Source: Fibrobacteria bacterium (GTDB lineage: Bacteria > Fibrobacterota > Fibrobacteria > UBA11236). From it: 22,151 nt of DNA. Below are positions 1-6,922 of this stretch, piece by piece (the stretch's first letter is position 1; each line of letters begins with the position of its first letter). The notes below the pieces were generated by a model, which was not told the origin of the DNA, ran no database searches, and was given only the letters and a program-made list of their open reading frames with translations. Position numbers and translations under genes: made by a program. The stretch is from contig JAYTHY010000115.1 of assembly GCA_043732185.1 (NCBI GenBank), positions 1 to 22,151 of the forward strand. Direction: 5' to 3'.

Positions 1-24
1 AACAGAGGCGGGCAGGTTGAACAT
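1..24 (-). CDS. tnpB: IS66 accessory protein TnpB, first 8 codons (MFNLPASV), truncated by the window edge
   Basis: ATG at 24-22, 3 nt past the tnpA stop. MFNLPASV resembles IS66 TnpB N-termini. Only 8 codons are visible and the ORF is not in the ORF track. Confidence 0.6.
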
Positions 25-27
25 GGA

Positions 28-444
28 TTAAACCGGTGCGCGTGGTAATGCATTCAGCGTGGTAAGCAGGCTTGCATCCAAATAGGCAAGATTGAGGCGA
101 ATGCCGTTTTGAAATTCGATTTGGAAAGGGAGATCGGTAGTGTTTTCCTGTTCTATGGGATGAACCCGAAGCATGCGACCTGGTGGAGTTTTAACGGAAG
201 CAGAAAGGGTATGGAGAGAATCGGGCGTAGTAGTTTCTGGGCTCGATTTGAGTAAGTAGTTGTGGTAGGTTTCTATGGAAACGTGATGGTGGCGGCAGTA
301 TTGGGCAAGGGTTAGTCCGCTTGCAGCGAAATTATTAACAAATAGGTGATAGAACTCGGGGTTTCGTTCTAGGCGGAGTCGAGCGCTGGGATGATTCGAT
401 AATAATTTGGTCATGGCGATTTCCTTCGAGTTGAAATATGCCAT
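28..444 (-). CDS. tnpA: IS66 accessory protein TnpA (HTH)
   Basis: FAASGLTLAQYCRHHHVSIETYHNY matches the IS66 TnpA HTH pattern (SGLsxxxfCRxxgisxxtfy). The C-terminal IEFQNGIRLNL matches the usual 'IElpnGirl' tail. Confidence 0.8.
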   Translation of the reverse strand: MAYFNSKEIAMTKLLSNHPSARLRLERNPEFYHLFVNNFAASGLTLAQYCRHHHVSIETYHNYLLKSSPETTTPDSLHTLSASVKTPPGRMLRVHPIEQENTTDLPFQIEFQNGIRLNLAYLDASLLTTLNALPRAPV

Positions 445-466
445 GAATTCGGATGTATTGGAATAT

Positions 467-486
467 GGTGTCCACCGGATGGTTAC
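467..486 (-). repeat. IS66 left terminal inverted repeat
   Basis: GTAACCATCCGGTGGACACC on the minus strand, with its outer end 42 nt upstream of the tnpA ATG. The partner repeat lies outside the window. Confidence 0.7.
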
Positions 487-1191
487 GCTTCAGGTAAGAC
501 TACTATTACACAAACTACTTATGATAAAGTCGCAAAAATCCTTGCCGATGCCCTTTGCGAAGATCCAGTTCACCCGGCAAGCATGATGGCAAAGATCGAA
601 CAAATCATGCAACCAACACAGAATGAAATGTATTTCACGGGTCTTCCTGTATTTGTTGAAGGGACCGAAGATATTGCATTTCTTTCTTCCTACCTTATTG
701 CCGCAAATAAATGGTCTGAATTCCGGAGGCTTGGCTGCCATTTCATAGTTGGGCCAGGGAAGACAAATTTGAGCCGCCTTGTGGCAATAGCAATGTCCCT
801 CCAAATCCCTTTTTACCTTATCTTTGATTCTGACGGAGATAATACGTCCAATAAAAGCCAACACGAAAAAGACAACAAATGCCTACTTACTTTAATTGGA
901 AATCCGGACGAAAGTCCGTTTCCAATTTCAAATAGCCATTTGGAAAACTGCACAATGTGGACTACAAAAATGGGAGTTGAAGCACCTAAATCCTATGGGA
1001 AGCAAGATTGGGACTTAGCTTTGGCACAAGTAAGAAAGGAAAAGAACTACCATCAAATTATTAATGACAAAAATCCATTATTGATTTCCGGAATAATCGA
1101 GAAACTGCATGGAAATGGAAAGGATTGTGAAATCCTAAGTCGTGCTTGTGATGAAATTTTTAAAAGCGCTAAAGCCGCAGCGCCTCGGTAA
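487..1191 (+). pseudogene. 3' fragment (TOPRIM domain) of an OLD-family ATP-dependent nuclease, interrupted by IS66
   Basis: NEMYF..VFVEGTED and IFDSDG are the OLD-type TOPRIM acidic motifs (VEG, DxD). The frame of ORF 583-1191 stays open back to the IS boundary at 487 (ASGKTTITQTTYDKVAKILADAL...). The N-terminal ABC-ATPase domain is missing. Confidence 0.8.
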
Positions 1192-1205
1192 TTTTGGAGA
1201 AATAG

Positions 1206-1222
1206 GCGGATCAGAAATCCGC
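1206..1222. terminator. Possible terminator hairpin between convergent genes
   Basis: GCGGAT-cagaa-ATCCGC 6-bp stem in the 42-nt gap between two convergent stops. The U-tracts are weak. Confidence 0.4.
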
Positions 1223-1233
1223 ACCTCCATAAA

Positions 1234-4200
1234 CTATGGACCGAACGAAGTTCTCATCACTGTAGCCTTATCCTGAACCGAGGCATCCCGGAATCCGATA
1301 TACGGCACCCCAAGTGAACTTAAGGCCAGGGACCCAAAAGCAGCTCCATCCGACGTAAAGCCAGGATTACCCACACTCTCCCATGCCGTTCCGTTGAATC
1401 GCATCACGGTCGCCTTATATCCGTAACCCTGGTCCTGGTATGCGAGGTATGGCATTCCAGAGTTATCAAATTTCAAGCATGTATAGTTGACCATGGCTTG
1501 CGAGAACCCCGAGGTGCCGACGTATTCCCAGCCAGTTCCAATGAAGCGCATGACAACGGCCTTATAACCATTCCCGGCATCCTGATAGGCGACATAGGGA
1601 ACATCTGCCTTATTCAGCGCCAGCGAGGTAAACGAAGCTGCTCCACTGGAGAACCCTGCCCCGCCAACATTTTGCCAGAAATTTCCACTGAGGCGAATTA
1701 ATGAGGCTTTGTTTCCTGCCGCACCATCTTGGAAAGCCACATAAGGCACTCCGGCGCTCGTTATCGAAAGCGATGGAGTAGTAATCCCTGCGGTAGATCC
1801 AGGGCCACCAACATCAACCCAATTTGTTCCATCGAATTTCTTGACCCCCAACCGGTTTCCGTTGGCATTATCCCGGTAGGCAATATAAGGAAGGTCAGAG
1901 GGTCCAAGGGCCAAGGAGATGAAATAAGCGCCACCAGCCGTGAATCCTTCAGTGCCTAAAAATTCCCACTTGCCACCGATGAACCGCATTACCGAAGCCT
2001 TTTCTCCCTGCGCAGCATCAGAGTAGGCCACATACGGAATGCCTGTGGCGCTAATCACCATGCAAACATCCCCGGCACCCGCTGGAGAAATCGCCCCTGT
2101 GCCCACGTTTTCCCATGCACTGCCGTTGAAGCGCATAACTATGGCCTTGGATCCGCTGAGCGGCGCATCTTGAAAAGCGAGGTAAGGAACATCCGTATTA
2201 GACAAGGCCAAGGATGGATTGCTTATGCCACCCGTGGAAAACCCGGCTTTGCCTATAATGGCTTGAGGGGCAAGGACAAGTTGCTTGGAAGAGACCTTGG
2301 ACAAATTTCCAGCCGAATCCTTCTCCTGGATATACAGGGTATGGGCAGCGGCAGAAAGCAGCAATGGAGCGATAAACTGAGTAATCATGACCGTGGTTCC
2401 TCCGGAGTCTAAATTAGCATTATCCAGTTTCACACGGTATACGCCAATCCCACCATTTCCACCGCTTTTCCAGGTCCAGGTCGGCTGGAGACTATTGAGA
2501 GGGGACAAAGGAAGTGAATCGAAAACCGGGGGACTGGGAGGAATGGTATCAATTCGAATGCTCCAGGATCCGGATGACGACCAATTTCCGGCCAAGTCAC
2601 GCTCCTGGACGTATAAGGTATGAGTCTGAGCCGTCAATTCCGTTCCTGGGCTGTAAATAGTATCCTTAGTTTCCGGCGAACCTGACAAATCTTCGATATC
2701 GAGGCGATAGCGGTATATTCCAATGCCTCCGTTTCCCCCTGATGACCATGACCAGTTCGGACGAAGAGAATTGACCAGCGACAAGCCTTTCACCACTGGT
2801 TTTGTCGGGGCGATCGTGTCCAAATAGACGGTAATGGAAATGGAATATTCCTTACCCGTTGCATCCAATGCGGACCGGGAAACTGTATTGGCCCCATTAT
2901 TGGTTAATGTTTCTTTTTGGAATTTGGATTGAATGGTGCCGTCCACACTCCAGGAAACATCTATCAAGGATTTACTGAAATAAGCACCGTCCAATGGCGA
3001 GAGAATCCGGATATCCGGACCACTTATCGCATTCACCTTTTTAACAACGGTCGTATCATTACCTTCCGAGTCCCGAACATGGAATTTGGTCAAAATCTCC
3101 TTCGCATTCTGATATTTAAAGGATACTGATTTTAAGGTTGTGGAGGAGCTATCCCACTGTCCGTCTCCGTTCAAATCCCACTCGAAAAAGGCAATGCTTC
3201 CGTAGTCCTGAGGAGCCGTCGGATTGAAAACAACCGTGGTGCCGACAGGAACCGTCGTATCCTGACCCACCGACAATTTAGGTGTATCCTTGATTACGAT
3301 CACCAAGGCACTATCCTTTCGGGTGCTATCCACCCTACTTATACATGTAACACGAGTCCGCCCAGGAGCTACAGACAATACCTTTCCGGCTGTATCCACT
3401 GAAGCAATGCCTGAATTATTGGAAGCCCAACGGACCCAAGCCGTTGCCTGAGGAGGCGAAACTATCGAGGTTAAGGCTTTGCCAATTCCACCGACGTATA
3501 ACCTGATCGAATCAGTAGGAATATCAACGCTTGTAACTGGTTGTGATGAAAGAACCGTGATTTTTATTGAATCCGAATTTGCGGGAAAGTCCAGAGAATT
3601 AACGACAAGCCAAGTCTCCCCTTCTTTCAACCCCAACACCTTACCACCCGAAATTTTTGCAATTGCCTCATTGCGTAATTTGAACTGCACCCCATCATTG
3701 GCCTCTGGGGGCACCACCTGGACAGATAGACTCTCCGCCGTTCCCCCAGCAAATAGATTCAAGTCCCTGCCGATAAGCTTCACGGATGTAACAGGAATGG
3801 GATCGGAAACAATGACCCAAGCCGAATCTGAAACAGGATCCCCTACCCTGGTAGTGGCAGCGATTACGGTTCTTCCGGCTTTGATTCCCATAACCATTCC
3901 CAATTCGGAGATCGTGGCAATTAATGAATCCTTACACTGCCATAAAAGGAGGGAAGATGCTGTTGTGGGGAAAATCTTTGCTGTGAATTGTTTACCCCGA
4001 CCACGGGCAGGAACAGTCAACGAATCAGGACTGATTCTCAAACTGTCGGCTACTTCCGGATTCGCTATCACATCGACCTTGATTGCATCGTGCTTGGAGG
4101 TATCTGATTTTAATACGACGGTCAATGACGCTGATCCGGTTTTAACTGCAATCAATTTGTCTTGTTCAACCCTAAATACGGCTTCGTTAGAAGACATCCA

Positions 4201-4692
4201 TATCAAAGATTTATCAGAAATGTTATCTGGATCAATGGATACGGAGGGTAAAGCGGTAAAGGAATTAACCATGATTTGGATTTCACTTTTACCGATTTTA
4301 ACCTTTGTAATCGGCAGGACCATGACTTTGATGGTTTCAGTCTCGCCACTTTCACCATTGAAGGTTCTATCCGTATTATAGGCGACCAAACCGTTTTTAT
4401 ATCCGATAATAGCGATAAGCATTTTACCGCCCGGATAATGTGGGGCGTTAAGATTCTGCAATTGGCTCCCGGTTTGAATCTTACCCCGGAAAAGTGTATC
4501 CAAGGTTTTACCCGTCGTGTCCTTTAGAAGAATCAATACTTTGTCATAACCCGATAAGGAATCGACGAACTTGGCTGGCAGGTCAAACGTATCCGGTTTT
4601 TGCTCATTGTTTAGGCATCCCAAAATGAAAATAACTCCGAGGAAAATGAGTAGCCAGCCGGTTTTCCTATTGATTTTAATTGGCGAGAACAT
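1234..4692 (-). CDS. Large surface lipoprotein: about four Big_2-type Ig domains, a PKD-like domain, further Ig-like repeats and a C-terminal 7-bladed beta-propeller
   Basis: The likely start is ATG 4692 (MFSPIKINRK-hydrophobic-ILG|C lipobox). Motifs: WxSSNxxIAxV..G (Big_2 repeats), FEWDLNGDGQWD (PKD-like), two PxWxWxSGGNGGIGxYR..D.AGN repeats, and seven ~49-aa PYxAy.D...KAxVMRFxGxxW repeats. Confidence 0.85.
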   Translation of the reverse strand: MFSPIKINRKTGWLLIFLGVIFILGCLNNEQKPDTFDLPAKFVDSLSGYDKVLILLKDTTGKTLDTLFRGKIQTGSQLQNLNAPHYPGGKMLIAIIGYKNGLVAYNTDRTFNGESGETETIKVMVLPITKVKIGKSEIQIMVNSFTALPSVSIDPDNISDKSLIWMSSNEAVFRVEQDKLIAVKTGSASLTVVLKSDTSKHDAIKVDVIANPEVADSLRISPDSLTVPARGRGKQFTAKIFPTTASSLLLWQCKDSLIATISELGMVMGIKAGRTVIAATTRVGDPVSDSAWVIVSDPIPVTSVKLIGRDLNLFAGGTAESLSVQVVPPEANDGVQFKLRNEAIAKISGGKVLGLKEGETWLVVNSLDFPANSDSIKITVLSSQPVTSVDIPTDSIRLYVGGIGKALTSIVSPPQATAWVRWASNNSGIASVDTAGKVLSVAPGRTRVTCISRVDSTRKDSALVIVIKDTPKLSVGQDTTVPVGTTVVFNPTAPQDYGSIAFFEWDLNGDGQWDSSSTTLKSVSFKYQNAKEILTKFHVRDSEGNDTTVVKKVNAISGPDIRILSPLDGAYFSKSLIDVSWSVDGTIQSKFQKETLTNNGANTVSRSALDATGKEYSISITVYLDTIAPTKPVVKGLSLVNSLRPNWSWSSGGNGGIGIYRYRLDIEDLSGSPETKDTIYSPGTELTAQTHTLYVQERDLAGNWSSSGSWSIRIDTIPPSPPVFDSLPLSPLNSLQPTWTWKSGGNGGIGVYRVKLDNANLDSGGTTVMITQFIAPLLLSAAAHTLYIQEKDSAGNLSKVSSKQLVLAPQAIIGKAGFSTGGISNPSLALSNTDVPYLAFQDAPLSGSKAIVMRFNGSAWENVGTGAISPAGAGDVCMVISATGIPYVAYSDAAQGEKASVMRFIGGKWEFLGTEGFTAGGAYFISLALGPSDLPYIAYRDNANGNRLGVKKFDGTNWVDVGGPGSTAGITTPSLSITSAGVPYVAFQDGAAGNKASLIRLSGNFWQNVGGAGFSSGAASFTSLALNKADVPYVAYQDAGNGYKAVVMRFIGTGWEYVGTSGFSQAMVNYTCLKFDNSGMPYLAYQDQGYGYKATVMRFNGTAWESVGNPGFTSDGAAFGSLALSSLGVPYIGFRDASVQDKATVMRTSFGP
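1237..2253 (-). repeat. Seven tandem ~49-aa protein repeats (propeller blades) within the large lipoprotein
   Basis: Seven copies of GFs.....SLAl....PY.Ay.D.....KA.VMRF.G..WE.VG can be counted in the translation. The last copy is truncated. Confidence 0.8.
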
Positions 4693-5266
4693 GTTTCTTT
4701 CCCGGAGTCGAAGCCAGATCAAAGGCATAATATGTTGCCACCACAGCCGTGGTTAATCCAACCCCTGCCGCCGTCCACCAGATCCAGTTATTGGATTTGC
4801 CCTCAGCAATCGGTGTTGTATTGGTTTTGGAGTGCCCATTTTTATCGTGACCCTGAAGGTGCTCCTGCTGTTGTTCATAACCTTGCTTTACATTTTTGAA
4901 TATCGATAAAATATTATCGGACACGTAGAGGTCGATAAGTTGGACGGCAGGAACAATCTTGATCAATTGCAACATATACGCCTCGCCTTTTAGCCTCGTT
5001 TTTGGGTCACTTGCATAAATGACAGACATGTACTTATAGCAAAACACGGAGTCTTCTAAATTCGCATTCGCTGGCATTGACTCGCTATATGCAAGCAGAG
5101 GGGGAAGAACCTTTGCGAAATCCCCTTCGAAATAGGCGTGGCTGATTGCCTCTTTATCTAGAGTTCCGTCGAGCTTAAACCCATAAGCAGCAAAAATCGG
5201 CAATGGAAGAAATCCAAAAGTATAGGCCAGGATGAGCCTTAGAATATTTCGAGCGCAGAAAATCAC
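4676..5266 (-). CDS. Hypothetical exported protein with a helical (TPR-like) core and a C-terminal hydrophobic segment
   Basis: GTG start with GAAGGAG RBS at 5279-5273, a signal-peptide-like N-terminus and a C-terminal WIWWTAAGVGLTTAVVATYYAF. Its stop overlaps the start of the downstream lipoprotein gene by 17 nt. Confidence 0.75.
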   Translation of the reverse strand: MIFCARNILRLILAYTFGFLPLPIFAAYGFKLDGTLDKEAISHAYFEGDFAKVLPPLLAYSESMPANANLEDSVFCYKYMSVIYASDPKTRLKGEAYMLQLIKIVPAVQLIDLYVSDNILSIFKNVKQGYEQQQEHLQGHDKNGHSKTNTTPIAEGKSNNWIWWTAAGVGLTTAVVATYYAFDLASTPGKKHVLAN

Positions 5267-5555
5267 GCGCGGCTCCTTCGGGGGGTAGGTTAGAACGCAG
5301 CAAATTTAGTATTCAGGTAACGGTTCGTTAACCATTTTTAGACGCTATATTTACAACAACGGTAACCATTTCAAAAAATTATTCGTCCAAAGAATTCCAG
5401 GAAGCTTTTCTTAAAAATGTGGGGATATTCGGGCGATTTCGGCAATATAAAAGGGGAACGCAGTACTTAGTGGCGAGAGTGGTACCGCCAATATTTTACC
5501 TTTAGAGTGGAGAATGGATCTGGCTGGTTGCTGCCACAAAGTAAAAGTTTGAAGA

Positions 5556-6371
5556 ATGAGTAAAAACGAAAAAAACCTATTTGCCATTCCCGGTGGCGAT
5601 CCCTTCAAAAGGCAGAAGGATGATCTTAATCCTTCCGTCAATGATGATATTTTCCAAAAATGCAAGGTTGGCGGCCCTAAAAAGAAGGTAGCACCAACTA
5701 ACGTGGATGACGACGAAGTGTTTCAACCTTATAATTTACCGCCACCGCCTCCACCAAAAGAGCCGGCCGTAAAATTATACAATCCGAAATGGTCGGTGGA
5801 GAACGCCAATTTCGAAGAAAAGGTATCCCTCTCCTTTGACGTGGACTTACCGGAATCCCTCAAGGACATTACACGAGTGATCGTTACCGTCCATGCCCTC
5901 TGTCAGTATGGAAAAAGGGAAGTAATCAAATCAAGGGATCATTACATTAAAGACGGCAAGGTCCACGGTGAATTCCACCTTTCCCGTCCAGCGAAACGAG
6001 GAGATAAGGAAGTCGATTCCTGTTCATATATTTTCACCGCCAAACACCGAGATTCGAAAGAGCTGGAAAGCCATCGCCTACCGGTTAAAACAAATCCTAT
6101 AGGAAACGATGAATTGGAATTGGAGCTTACGAGTTCCGACGAATTGAAGAACGGGGGCTTTGCTTTCCAGTTGATGGCGAAAGATCGATCCATTATTTGG
6201 AAAATCGAAAGCAAGAATGGCGAAGATAAGGCCGGAAAACTCACCTTAAAATTCGTGAAGCTCAATCCAAACCTGGAATATTCATTGGATATGCTAAATT
6301 CCCAGGGGAAAATTGTAGAGACGATTTTTTCCGATACCCCATTCGGAAAGTGGGCCGAGGCATCCAAATGA
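5556..6371 (+). CDS. Hypothetical cytoplasmic protein (low-complexity N-terminus, poly-Pro linker, two apparently beta-rich domains); first gene of the lipase cassette
   Basis: 271-aa ORF with no signal peptide and a PPPPPP linker. Its stop overlaps the next ATG (ATGA, 6368-6371). Confidence 0.75.
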   Translation: MSKNEKNLFAIPGGDPFKRQKDDLNPSVNDDIFQKCKVGGPKKKVAPTNVDDDEVFQPYNLPPPPPPKEPAVKLYNPKWSVENANFEEKVSLSFDVDLPESLKDITRVIVTVHALCQYGKREVIKSRDHYIKDGKVHGEFHLSRPAKRGDKEVDSCSYIFTAKHRDSKELESHRLPVKTNPIGNDELELELTSSDELKNGGFAFQLMAKDRSIIWKIESKNGEDKAGKLTLKFVKLNPNLEYSLDMLNSQGKIVETIFSDTPFGKWAEASK

Positions 6372-6916
6372 AACTGACTCTGATTGCGTTACAACTAGCC
6401 TGCCTTATTGGATGCGCATCAAAAAATAACGCAAACAAAAAGCCGGGGCGCTACCTGTATTTCACTTCGAATTTTCCGGCGAGCGTTCACTGGGAAATCA
6501 TGACCACCTTCGGCAATAAGAGCGTCGACCTGCTATGCAAAGATTTCAGCATGGGATCTGGTCAACTTGAACATTCGACAAAGTACGTACTAGACACTCT
6601 GAAAATTCCGAATGACACGCTCAAAGTTCCACTCTTCTGGACGAAAAAAAACTTGTGCGGCTGGGAAATGTCGGGCATATCGATAGGTGTAAGTGGCCAC
6701 CATATTCGAATGCACCAAATATACCTAAAGGAAAAGGACCAAAAGCATGACCGGTCACCTCAGCCGATTCCTGATTCTCTTGTCTATATCTGCAAATATG
6801 ATTCTAGGGAAGAAGAGTTGAATTGTAATGCTGAAAACGAAATGGAGGGTGCAGACTTTACCCTAGATGATACTCTCGCTATTAATCACATGCGCATTGA
6901 CTTAAAAGGGTTCTGA
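6368..6916 (+). CDS. Lipoprotein, putative immunity protein for the adjacent lipase (Tli-like)
   Basis: ATG 6368 gives MKLTLIALQLACLIG|C, a lipobox at Cys16, with four further Cys. KNLCGWEMSGI resembles the C-x-W-x-[LM]-S pattern I recall from lipoproteins beside T6SS lipase effectors. The gene ends 6 nt before the lipase. Confidence 0.65.
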   Translation: MKLTLIALQLACLIGCASKNNANKKPGRYLYFTSNFPASVHWEIMTTFGNKSVDLLCKDFSMGSGQLEHSTKYVLDTLKIPNDTLKVPLFWTKKNLCGWEMSGISIGVSGHHIRMHQIYLKEKDQKHDRSPQPIPDSLVYICKYDSREEELNCNAENEMEGADFTLDDTLAINHMRIDLKGF

Positions 6917-6922
6917 ATCGCA

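Larger units (their letters stand above)
1..486 (-). mobile_element. IS66-family insertion sequence, left end (runs off the window start)
   Basis: The minus strand from 486 reads GTAACCATCCGGTGGACACC, a GTAA-initiated terminus typical of IS66 inverted repeats. It is followed by a TnpA-like ORF and the start of a TnpB-like ORF, the canonical IS66 order. Confidence 0.85.

Noticed and set aside
487..507. ASGKTT right after the IS boundary resembles a Walker A tail
   Set aside because: It lies only about 50 aa before the TOPRIM motif, where the end of the ATPase domain is expected rather than the P-loop. The upstream residues come from IS sequence.
490..864. 124-aa minus-strand ORF
   Set aside because: Antisense shadow of the TOPRIM fragment with no recognisable motif.
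583..1233. Gabija (gajA-gajB) call
   Set aside because: No UvrD-like helicase follows the TOPRIM gene; the next gene is convergent.
3479..4381. 300-aa plus-strand ORF
   Set aside because: Antisense to the Ig repeats of the large lipoprotein, with a Ser/Thr/Ile-rich composition typical of a shadow frame.
5411..5665. 84-aa minus-strand ORF
   Set aside because: Overlaps the 5556 gene on the opposite strand and has no motif or clear RBS.
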